Made by a program: the position numbers and the translations under genes. Below the pieces are notes generated by a model. The model was given only the letters and a program-made list of their open reading frames with translations, did not search any database and was not told the origin of the DNA. DNA of 32,000 nucleotides from Zymomonas mobilis subsp. mobilis ATCC 10988 (lineage in GTDB: Bacteria; Pseudomonadota; Alphaproteobacteria; Sphingomonadales; Sphingomonadaceae): contig NC_017262.1 of assembly GCF_000175255.2 (NCBI RefSeq), positions 1,920,001 through 1,952,000 on the forward strand, in the 5' to 3' direction. Shown here in pieces: positions 18,009-26,459 of the stretch (position 1 is its first letter; every line of letters starts with the position of its first letter).

Positions 18009-18839
18009 ATGACATGGGGCAAGCTTGATATCGGCTTGACGAGGGGGAAGAAGACCTTTGCATATGCATTGGGGGGATGCTTTTTATCTTTTTTCCTTCA
18101 GCCGATGGCGATAGCTGCACCTGCATCGCTTATTGGACCACCACGTCCTGAAGTTTCTTCCAGCCGTGGTTTGCAGCCGGTTCGGGTTATGCACAGCCGC
18201 CATTCTGAATCGAAAGAAGGCAATCGCCTCTTGGGGCGGGTAAGCAGTAACGCGCCGATTGGTTCTTTTACGCCGTCTATCGGTGATCCACGCTTGGCCG
18301 CTGCCTTTGCCCAATCTTCGAATAATGGCTTGTCATCTGGTTTCCAATTTACGCCCTCCTCGGTTCCGGGGCATAAGCGGGCTGTCACCGTTGCAGTTCG
18401 GACGCATATTCTTCCTCCGACCGGCGAGAAAAACGGAACGCCCCAGAGCTTAAGTATTTCTCCGAATACCGCTTACAATATGGGGGCATCCCTCAGCTGG
18501 AAAGAATTCACGCTGAATGGTGATGTCGGTCATATCAATGATGGTCCCATTATAGGCGGCCGTGATGCTTTTGATGTTGGGGTGAATTATACCCATCACA
18601 ATTGGTCAACACGGTTACAGATGAATGCTGCCCATAATAGCGGCGAAAGGGCAAACGCCATCGGGGATAATAGCAATTATTCTCTTGATGTCGCTGGATC
18701 TTATATGATTAACCATCGCTTCCAGATTTCCGGTGGCCTTCGTTATACGATGCAACGGAATAGCCATATTGTGCCTTCTGCCCCTGATGTCCAAAGGGAT
18801 GGGCAGGCTGTTTATCTGGGTACCAGTTTTAATTTCTGA
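18009..18839 (+). CDS. Putative outer-membrane beta-barrel protein, family not recognised
   Basis: Signal peptide (..FFLQPMAIA/AP). The N-terminal half is Pro/Ser/Gly-rich and the C-terminal half has an alternating hydrophobic pattern. It ends ..VYLGTSFNF, with a terminal aromatic as in BAM beta-signals. Confidence 0.6.
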   Translation: MTWGKLDIGLTRGKKTFAYALGGCFLSFFLQPMAIAAPASLIGPPRPEVSSSRGLQPVRVMHSRHSESKEGNRLLGRVSSNAPIGSFTPSIGDPRLAAAFAQSSNNGLSSGFQFTPSSVPGHKRAVTVAVRTHILPPTGEKNGTPQSLSISPNTAYNMGASLSWKEFTLNGDVGHINDGPIIGGRDAFDVGVNYTHHNWSTRLQMNAAHNSGERANAIGDNSNYSLDVAGSYMINHRFQISGGLRYTMQRNSHIVPSAPDVQRDGQAVYLGTSFNF

Positions 18840-18891
18840 TATATTCTAAGCTGTTCAAAAGAGCAGAATAACCAATAAGGGAGTTTTTCCT

Positions 18892-19683
18892 TTGAAAGTG
18901 GCGCTGGGGCAATTTGCCGTTCAGCCTGATTGGCATGAGAATCTCGACATCTGTTTTGACTTGATCAAACGGGCAGCAGGAAAACAAGCTGACCTGCTTG
19001 TGTTGCCAGAAGGTATTCTGGCACAGGATATGGCTGACCCCGATCTTATCCCCAAAACGGCACAACCGCTCGATGGGGCTTTTATTACGCGTTTGGCAGC
19101 GGAAACTCTGAAATATCCCACGTTGACGATTGCAGGCTGCTTGCCCATCCCCGATGGGAAAGACCGATTTTATAACACGCTCTTAGTGATTAAAAATGGG
19201 CAGATCATTGCCCAATATCGGAAATTGCATCTGTATGATGCCTTTTCTCACCAAGAATCCCGCTCAATTACCGCTGGTGACAGTCTGCCTCCTTTGGTCG
19301 AAATTGCTGGATTCAAGGTTGGCTTGATGATCTGTTATGATCTTCGCTTTCCTGAATTAGCTAGACGCCTTGTGCTGGAAGGTGCCGATGCACTTATTCT
19401 ACCCGCAGCTTGGGTCAAAGGTTCAGGGAAAGAAGCGCATTGGGATATTCTGGTCAAGGCCAGAGCTTTGGAAAATACCTGCTATATGATTGCGGTCGGG
19501 GAATGTGGCCAACGCAATATCGGAAATAGCATGGTTGTTGATCCGCTAGGCGTTGCCATTGCAAGGGCAGGGGAGGAGCCCGCCCTGATTATGGCTGAAC
19601 TCTTCCACAAACGGATTGCTCATGCACGGGACATCTTGCCCGTGCTTCATAATCGCCGTTTCCTGCCCCCCAAATTTATCTAG
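18892..19683 (+). CDS. Carbon-nitrogen hydrolase (nitrilase superfamily) protein
   Basis: E-K-C triad contexts LLVLPEG, YRKLHLYD and GLMICYDLRFPE. TTG start at 18892 lies 8 nt after GGGAG; GTG at 18898 is an alternative. Confidence 0.85.
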   Translation: MKVALGQFAVQPDWHENLDICFDLIKRAAGKQADLLVLPEGILAQDMADPDLIPKTAQPLDGAFITRLAAETLKYPTLTIAGCLPIPDGKDRFYNTLLVIKNGQIIAQYRKLHLYDAFSHQESRSITAGDSLPPLVEIAGFKVGLMICYDLRFPELARRLVLEGADALILPAAWVKGSGKEAHWDILVKARALENTCYMIAVGECGQRNIGNSMVVDPLGVAIARAGEEPALIMAELFHKRIAHARDILPVLHNRRFLPPKFI

Positions 19684-19685
19684 GG

Positions 19686-20147
19686 TCAGAAAACGGGGTA
19701 AGACGCTTTTTTTCCTTGGAAAATATCCTTCATCACGATGGTCGAGGTCAATTTCTTGACACAGGACAGGGACGATAACTGTTCGTCATATAATTTCTGA
19801 AAAGAAGACAGATCCTTCGTAATAATGTGAAGGATATAGTCAGGCGTCCCGAATAATCTTTCAGCGCTGATGACTTCGGGAATCGTCAATAAAGCATCTT
19901 CAAATATTTGAACGAGCTGTTTGTTGCTTTCGGATAAGGTCACAAAAACAATCGCCGAAAAAGTCAGACCTAGCTTTCTGTAATCGATGCAGGCGCGATA
20001 ACCCTGTATCGCACCGGATTTTTCCAAAGCATGCACCCGCCTATGACAAGGTGAGAGACTAAGACCGATTCTGTCAGCCAATTCAGTCAGAGTCAGGCGG
20101 GCATCACTTTGCAGTTCAGCAAGTATTTTTCGGTCTATTTGGTCCAT
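19686..20147 (-). CDS. Lrp/AsnC family transcriptional regulator
   Basis: MDQIDRKILAELQSDARLTLTELADRIGLSLSPCHRRVHALEKSGAIQGY (HTH) followed by a RAM-like C-terminal domain. 153 aa. Confidence 0.9.
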   Translation of the reverse strand: MDQIDRKILAELQSDARLTLTELADRIGLSLSPCHRRVHALEKSGAIQGYRACIDYRKLGLTFSAIVFVTLSESNKQLVQIFEDALLTIPEVISAERLFGTPDYILHIITKDLSSFQKLYDEQLSSLSCVKKLTSTIVMKDIFQGKKASYPVF

Positions 20148-20347
20148 GTGAAAAAATATACCTCACAATCTCGCTAACAAGCAATAAATTAGAAAGATAT
20201 TGCGCTCTGTCAGGGATATTATCCCGCCTAACAGCGGTTAAGGGGGATTTTCTCGCTTCAATAGCCCTCTTTCCCCTGAAATTTTTCAAAATATTCGGAT
20301 GGTCTTTTTTCAAGGCGTTTCGCCTTGGATCTCAAGGAGATAAAAAT

Positions 20348-20980
20348 ATGCCAATAGAAATATTGGTTGCTTTTTGGGCTGTTTCTGTTCTTTTTGTTGT
20401 GATTCCGGGGGCTGATTGGGCATATGTCCTTTCTGTTGGCACCAATCATAAATCGATTGTCGCGGCTGTTTTCGGCTTAGTGCTGGGCTATGTTGCGGCG
20501 ACTATTCTTGTTGCTATCGGTGCCGCCGCCTTAATTGCCAAAACGCCTTTTGCTTTGGACTTTCTCACTTGCGCAGGCGCTATTTATCTTTTCCTCTTAG
20601 GCATTGGCCTGTTGCGCCATCCGCCTGTCTTACAAGATGAGACTTTCTCCGTTGCTCAGAAAGCCAGCTATAGCCAGTGGATTAAAAAAGGCTTTTGTGT
20701 CAGCGGGTTAAATCCCAAAATGTTTCTCTTTTTTCTGATGTTCTTACCGCAATTTACATCGGCAAAAGCCGACTGGCCTTTTTCAATTCAGATTTTGGCC
20801 TTAGGTATCGTCCATACTTTCAATTGTGGCAGCATTTATCTACTGATCGGCTTTCTGGCGCGGGCTTTGCTGAAAAAATATCCGCATATCAATCTAGCAC
20901 TCAGCCGTTTTTCAGCCGTTTCCATGATGACGATATCCATCATCCTGTTGGTAGAACGGTATATTCTTGGTGAAATGTAA
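20348..20980 (+). CDS. LysE/RhtB family amino-acid exporter
   Basis: 210 aa with about 6 TM segments and an N-terminal ..VIPGADW.. motif. AGGAGA SD lies upstream. The gene is divergent from the Lrp gene across a 200-bp spacer. Confidence 0.87.
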   Translation: MPIEILVAFWAVSVLFVVIPGADWAYVLSVGTNHKSIVAAVFGLVLGYVAATILVAIGAAALIAKTPFALDFLTCAGAIYLFLLGIGLLRHPPVLQDETFSVAQKASYSQWIKKGFCVSGLNPKMFLFFLMFLPQFTSAKADWPFSIQILALGIVHTFNCGSIYLLIGFLARALLKKYPHINLALSRFSAVSMMTISIILLVERYILGEM

Positions 20981-21378
20981 CGCGCCTCAAAAGGAATGTC
21001 GGAATATCCCAATCCCCAAGATTTTTTGGTAAAAAACTTTCTTTCGAAGGTCTAACCGTTTTTGATGACACGCGTTAAAAGAACACGCCTTATAAAATAA
21101 ATGCGCTGTTTCGATGAAAACGCCATAGGAAACAGGGCAAAATGCGCTATGGAGTAGGAAGGCTTTGGCTAATTGACAGCCTCGCCTGACATATCATCCG
21201 GTTCTATTTACATAGGCTCTTCGGATACTATCCTTCATATTCGATATAGGTTTCATCCTATATCCGGTTGAAAATTTTTGGAAACAGTCGCTTGATGCGT
21301 TCTTCCTCTTGCTAGGAATAGAAGAGCATTTATAAGCAAAGCGGTCATACCGCCATTATTCTTGGGGATTGTTATTTT

Positions 21379-21819
21379 ATGCCTTGTCGCCGCTTTTTGA
21401 CTCTTTTTATGGCTGTTGCCATTTTACCTTTGGCTGCTTGTGGACATGGTAAGCAAAAGAAAGTTGCGGGTATGGCACCTTCAAGAGTAACCACCATCGG
21501 CATTAATGCGTATATCTGGCGGGCAGCCTTGGAAACTTTTTCCTTTATGCCCCTGATTCAGACCGATGCGAATGGCGGTGTTATTATTACCGATTGGTAT
21601 GTTAATCCGGCCAGTCCCAATGAACGGATGCGGGTGGCTGTTGCCATTTTCGGAGATGATCTTCGCGCTGATGCCTTACGGGTTTCTGCATCCCGCCAGA
21701 TATTGCGGGAAGGCGTCTGGGTCGATGATCCTGTAGATGCCAGCACGATACAAAAACTGGAAGATGTTGTGCTGACCCGTGCCCGCGATCTCCGTCGGAC
21801 AGCTATGTCCGGTGAATAA
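21379..21819 (+). CDS. DUF3576-family lipoprotein
   Basis: Lipobox [23 protein letters not shown] and GGVIITDWY motifs match my memory of DUF3576. It lies immediately upstream of leuS, as in other alphaproteobacteria. Confidence 0.78.
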   Translation: MPCRRFLTLFMAVAILPLAACGHGKQKKVAGMAPSRVTTIGINAYIWRAALETFSFMPLIQTDANGGVIITDWYVNPASPNERMRVAVAIFGDDLRADALRVSASRQILREGVWVDDPVDASTIQKLEDVVLTRARDLRRTAMSGE

Positions 21820-21836
21820 GAAAAGGTTTTCGATTG

Positions 21837-24377
21837 ATGAGTGAGTCTGGTTTTTCCCAGCGTTTTAATCCGCATGTAGTTGATGGCCGCTGGCAAAAAA
21901 AATGGGAAGAAAGCGGCTGCTTCCACGCGAAAGACAATTCAGACCGGCCACATAGCTATATTCTCGAAATGTTTCCGTATCCTTCGGGGCGGATTCATAT
22001 GGGACATGTCCGTAACTATACCATGGGCGATGTGCTGGCGCGTTATTACCGGATGAAAGGCCATGAAGTCCTGCACCCGATGGGGTGGGATGCTTTCGGT
22101 ATGCCTGCTGAAAACGCTGCGATGGAACGGAAAATCCATCCGCGTGAATGGACGATGTCTAATATTGCGACGATGCGGGAACAGTTAAAACGCATTGGTT
22201 TTGCTATCGATTGGAGCCGTGAACTCGCGACCTGCGAACCGTCCTATTATGGCCAAGAGCAAGCCTTGTTCCTTGACCTTTACAAGGCTGGCCTCGTTTA
22301 TCGCAAAGAATCGGCAGTTAACTGGGATCCCATTGATAATACGGTGCTCGCCAATGAACAGGTGATTGATGGGCGCGGCTGGCGTTCCGGTGCCTTGGTT
22401 GAAAGAAAAAAACTCAATCAGTGGTTCTTAAAGATCACCGAATTTGCGGATGATCTTCTTGATGGCCTGAAAGACCTCGATCAATGGCCTGAAAAAGTCC
22501 GGTCGATGCAGGAAAACTGGATCGGTCGCAGTCAGGGCATGCAGTTTCATTTCAATTTTGAAGTGGCACCGGAAGGCTTTGACAAAATCGAAGTCTTTAC
22601 CACGCGCCCCGATACGCTTTTTGGTGCCAGCTTTGTCGCTATTGCTTGCGATCATCCGATCGCCAAAGCCTTGGCAGAAAAAACCGCAGCTCTTCCCGAA
22701 TTTATCGCCGATTGCCAGAAAATGGGCACCGCCGCGGAAGATATCGAAACCGCCGAGAAAAAAGGCTTCGATACTGGCCTGTCACTTGTTCATCCGCTGA
22801 ATCCTGAATTAAAATTGCCGCTTTTTGTCGCCAATTTCGTTCTGATGGATTACGGCACGGGGGCAGTGTTCGGCTGTCCGGCGCATGATCAGCGCGATCT
22901 TGATTTTGCGCTGAAATATAACCTGCCGGTTAAACGGGTCGTTGCGCCTTCCGAAGCTGAAAGCAACGAAGCCATTGGCGACAAAGCTGACACCCGCGCG
23001 GGCATTATAGTCAATTCGTTTTTCCTCGATGGTCTTTCCAGCGAAGAAGCTAAAAAAACGGTTATTGCTCGCGCCGAAAAAGAAGGCTGGGGTAAAGGCA
23101 CCACGGTTTTCCGGTTAAGAGACTGGGGCGTTTCTCGTCAGCGCTATTGGGGTACCCCAATACCGATTATCCATTGCGATAGTTGTGGCGCGGTTCCGGT
23201 TCCCAAAGATCAATTACCGGTTACCTTACCTGATGACATCAATTTCGATAAACCGGGCAATCCGCTGGAACGTCATCCGACATGGAAGAATGTCACTTGC
23301 CCGAAATGTGGGAAGCCTGCCCGTCGGGAAACGGATACGCTTGACACTTTCGTCGATTCTTCATGGTATTTCATTCGTTTCGCCAGTCAGCCAGATGACA
23401 AACCTTTTGATAAAGCAACCGCTGAAAAATGGTTGCCAGTCGGGCAGTATATCGGCGGCGTAGAACATGCCATTTTGCATCTTCTTTATGCCCGTTTCTG
23501 GACACGCGCCTTACAGTCTATTGGACGGCTTGATATCAAAGAGCCTTTCACCGGTCTGTTTACTCAAGGCATGGTAACCCATGAAACCTATAAAGACCCC
23601 GAAGGCCATTGGCTGTCACCCGAACAGATTCATAAAGATGAAGCGGGTATCTTCTTAACAGAATCCGGCGAAAAAGTGACCGTCGGCCGCGTTGAAAAGA
23701 TGTCCAAATCGAAAAAGAATGTGGTCGAACCGGCGCCTATTCTCGACCAATACGGGGCGGATGCGGTGCGTTGGTTCATGCTTTCCGACAGCCCGCCCGA
23801 ACGTGATCTGGCTTGGACAGAAGCCGGTATTGAAGGCTGCTGGCGCTTTATGCAGCGTTTGTGGCGTGTCGCTGCTATCGCAAGCGAAGAGGCTTCCGCT
23901 GGAATCGACAAGGATTTACAGCATCGCCTTCATTGCTCGATAAAAGAAGTTGGCGAAGCCATCGAAGGCCTGTCTTTCAATAAAGCCATCGCCAAGATTC
24001 ATGATCTGGTCAATGCGATCGAAAAAGCCAAGGCTTCAGCAACCCGCAAGGAAGCTGCTTTGACTTTATTCCGCTTGGTAGCTCCGATGGTGCCGCATCT
24101 TTCGGAAGAAGCATGGCATCTTCTGGAGAAAGAAGGTTTTGTTGCCGAAGCCAGTTGGCCTGAATTTGATCCGGCACTGACGGTCGAAGACGAAATAACT
24201 ATTGCCGTTCAGGTCAATGGTAAATTAAGGGACACCTTAACCGTCGCTCGGGATATGCCCAAGGATGAAGCCGAAAAATTGGCATTGGCTTCGGAAAAAG
24301 TGATTAAAATGTTGGAAGGCCGCTCACCGAAAAAAGTGATCGTTGTGCCTAACCGACTGGTCAATATTGTCGCGTAA
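21837..24377 (+). CDS. leuS: Leucine--tRNA ligase
   Basis: Class I signatures [11 protein letters not shown] (HIGH) and KMSKSKKN (KMSKS). 846 aa from ATG 21837 (TTG at 21834 in the track). Confidence 0.96.
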   Translation: MSESGFSQRFNPHVVDGRWQKKWEESGCFHAKDNSDRPHSYILEMFPYPSGRIHMGHVRNYTMGDVLARYYRMKGHEVLHPMGWDAFGMPAENAAMERKIHPREWTMSNIATMREQLKRIGFAIDWSRELATCEPSYYGQEQALFLDLYKAGLVYRKESAVNWDPIDNTVLANEQVIDGRGWRSGALVERKKLNQWFLKITEFADDLLDGLKDLDQWPEKVRSMQENWIGRSQGMQFHFNFEVAPEGFDKIEVFTTRPDTLFGASFVAIACDHPIAKALAEKTAALPEFIADCQKMGTAAEDIETAEKKGFDTGLSLVHPLNPELKLPLFVANFVLMDYGTGAVFGCPAHDQRDLDFALKYNLPVKRVVAPSEAESNEAIGDKADTRAGIIVNSFFLDGLSSEEAKKTVIARAEKEGWGKGTTVFRLRDWGVSRQRYWGTPIPIIHCDSCGAVPVPKDQLPVTLPDDINFDKPGNPLERHPTWKNVTCPKCGKPARRETDTLDTFVDSSWYFIRFASQPDDKPFDKATAEKWLPVGQYIGGVEHAILHLLYARFWTRALQSIGRLDIKEPFTGLFTQGMVTHETYKDPEGHWLSPEQIHKDEAGIFLTESGEKVTVGRVEKMSKSKKNVVEPAPILDQYGADAVRWFMLSDSPPERDLAWTEAGIEGCWRFMQRLWRVAAIASEEASAGIDKDLQHRLHCSIKEVGEAIEGLSFNKAIAKIHDLVNAIEKAKASATRKEAALTLFRLVAPMVPHLSEEAWHLLEKEGFVAEASWPEFDPALTVEDEITIAVQVNGKLRDTLTVARDMPKDEAEKLALASEKVIKMLEGRSPKKVIVVPNRLVNIVA

Positions 24378-24388
24378 AGGCCTGAATA

Positions 24389-24988
24389 ATGGATTTTAGC
24401 AAACCGTCCAGATTAGCACTTCTGTTGTTTCTTTGCATGCCACTGCCTGCTTGTGGCCTGCATCCTCTTTACAAGGGGGGCAAATCTGGTCCGGTTGCTA
24501 AAACCCTAGGTGCCGTCCATGTTGCGTCGATCCCCGGAAAACCGGGCTATTTGTTACATGGGGCGTTGCAAGACCGACTTATGCCAGAAAATGGCCTGCG
24601 TCCTCGTTATCAACTAGAAGTTGAAGTTGACGATCACATCGAAGGTTTGGGTGTCAGACGAGATAACACGGTCAACCGTGAAAGACGGACATTGCGGGCG
24701 CGTTATCGTTTGATTGATCTTCGCGATAATCAGGTCGTTGTTGATGCCACGGCTTCATCGGACTCTGGTATTGACGTGGTCAGTTCCGAATATGCAACTA
24801 TCGCGGCAGAAGATACTGCCCTTGAGCAGATCACTGAAAATGTGGCCGATCAGATTGTAACCCATTTGGCGCTTTACGCCGAAAGACGCGACAAAGCCGA
24901 TCATCTTCCGAATGCGGCTACGCCAGCCCCCTCTGAAACGCCGCATAATCAGGCGGTTCAGGCTGTCAAACCGCAAAATATTTCCTAA
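24389..24988 (+). CDS. lptE: LPS-assembly lipoprotein LptE
   Basis: Lipobox LPAC/G. The size and the conserved position between leuS and holA fit LptE. Sequence-level recognition is weak. Confidence 0.75.
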   Translation: MDFSKPSRLALLLFLCMPLPACGLHPLYKGGKSGPVAKTLGAVHVASIPGKPGYLLHGALQDRLMPENGLRPRYQLEVEVDDHIEGLGVRRDNTVNRERRTLRARYRLIDLRDNQVVVDATASSDSGIDVVSSEYATIAAEDTALEQITENVADQIVTHLALYAERRDKADHLPNAATPAPSETPHNQAVQAVKPQNIS

Positions 24989-24997
24989 AGAAAGTTA

Positions 24998-26011
24998 GTG
25001 AAAAGTAACCGCTCACAAATTGATGCTGCTATTGCGGCTATTGGCCGCGGGCAGAATGCTGTTATTCTTCTCTACGGGCCCGATATCGCACAATCTCGCG
25101 CCATCGCTGACCAAATGAACCGCTTTCCTGAAATTGAAAAAATAGAAATTTCAGGGGCGGTACTCAAAAATGATCCGGCTATTTTAACGGATGAAGCGGC
25201 GGCGATTTCTCTCTTCAGTGCCGCACGTTATCTTCGGGTGGAAGCAAGTGGCGACGAAATTCTGGCTGCGCTTCAATTATTGATAGATATTCCAGCTATC
25301 AATAATTCGGTAATTATTGTCACAGGTAATCTCAAACGAGAATCCAAACTCCTGAAACTAGCTTTGGCTGATAAAAAGATATTGGCCTGTGCGAGTTATC
25401 TTCCCGAAGGAGAGAATGCCAACCGTCTAGTTATAGCACTTGGGGAAGAAAAAGGCCTGCGGATCAGGCCGGATATCGCGCAAAAACTGGCGATATATGC
25501 AGAAAATAATCGGGCATTACTGGTCTCTGAAATTGAAAAATACGCCCTCTATCTCAATAGTGACAAAAATAACCCTCAAGAATTGACCCATGAGGTTATC
25601 AGCTTGATTGGGGCTGATAACAATGAAGGCAATTTGGCACGCTTGACGGGAATATTCTTTTCAAAAAATACAGCGCTTCTTGAGCAAGAATTAGCAAGCC
25701 TTTCAGATGTCGGGATTGAACCGATCCTACTTATTAGGGTTTTGTTGCGTCGAGCCTTACTGCTGGCTGATTTAGCTGGATTACTGTCAAAAGGGCTTTC
25801 GATTCAAAAGGTCATCGAATCTGCTGGCCGAAAAATTTTCTGGAAAGAAAAGGGCGAAATCGCCAAAGCCTTATCTCTCTGGCGGATTCATCAAATCAAC
25901 CAACTTATTACTTTTCTGGTTTCTCTGGAATGTCAGATAAAACAGGGAAAGATGATTGGGGCATTTTATGTGGAACAGCAATTATTGCTATTGATAAGTC
26001 GTCTTTCATAA
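24998..26011 (+). CDS. holA: DNA polymerase III subunit delta
   Basis: 337 aa with a GTG start. It holds the conserved leuS-lptE-holA position, and the N-terminal ..VILLYGPD.. is typical of clamp-loader delta. Confidence 0.75.
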   Translation: MKSNRSQIDAAIAAIGRGQNAVILLYGPDIAQSRAIADQMNRFPEIEKIEISGAVLKNDPAILTDEAAAISLFSAARYLRVEASGDEILAALQLLIDIPAINNSVIIVTGNLKRESKLLKLALADKKILACASYLPEGENANRLVIALGEEKGLRIRPDIAQKLAIYAENNRALLVSEIEKYALYLNSDKNNPQELTHEVISLIGADNNEGNLARLTGIFFSKNTALLEQELASLSDVGIEPILLIRVLLRRALLLADLAGLLSKGLSIQKVIESAGRKIFWKEKGEIAKALSLWRIHQINQLITFLVSLECQIKQGKMIGAFYVEQQLLLLISRLS

Positions 26012-26110
26012 AAGTTTTATTTATTTAATAATTTAAATTAAAATAATAATTTTATATATCATTATATAATTTTCATTCTCTCTATTTTTTTGTAAATTAT
26101 CAATCGAAAA
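26012..26110. other. Extreme AT-rich tract directly after holA
   Basis: Hand count gives 6 G+C in the 60 nt at 26041-26100. Confidence 0.9.
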
Positions 26111-26274
26111 TATCACAAGGATGGTTTCAATAAATTATACCATTCTAAACCGCCCTAATTTTAGGGCTTTACAGCTTTTCTTTTTAAAAAAGACCTATCA
26201 AACACAATTTTTTAAGCCCTACAACGCTTTCCTGCCACTAAATTTAAGTGACTGTATAAAACCACTGGATTAAA

Positions 26275-26282
26275 GGGGGGGG
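26275..26282 (+). repeat. G8 homopolymer in the spacer upstream of the FUSC efflux operon
   Basis: Read directly as taaaGGGGGGGGagagg. It lies 178 nt upstream of ATG 26460. Confidence 0.9.
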
Positions 26283-26425
26283 AGAGGACTAGGAAGATTT
26301 TTATTCCCTATTTTTTTACAAATAGGCATAAAACGCTTTTCTTAACAGGTGATGTCTGCCCGATTATGTATGATATGACCGTTTTACACTATAAACATTG
26401 CACAAGGGTAAAGGACAGGCCACTG

Positions 26426-26453
26426 CGCCTATCGACTCTTGCTATGATAGGCG
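26426..26453. repeat. Inverted repeat CGCCTATC-N12-GATAGGCG flanked by direct ACTGCG repeats, abutting the FUSC start codon
   Basis: Read directly. The right arm ends 6 nt before ATG 26460. ACTGCG occurs at 26422-26427 and 26454-26459. Function unknown (operator or RBS-occluding hairpin). Confidence 0.6.
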
Positions 26454-26459
26454 ACTGCG

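Noticed and set aside
20116-20449. Two small minus-strand ORFs (65 and 63 aa) in and around the Lrp/LysE divergent spacer.
   Set aside because: They overlap the Lrp 5' end, the promoter region and the LysE 5' end. They show no SD or family resemblance and are most likely spurious.
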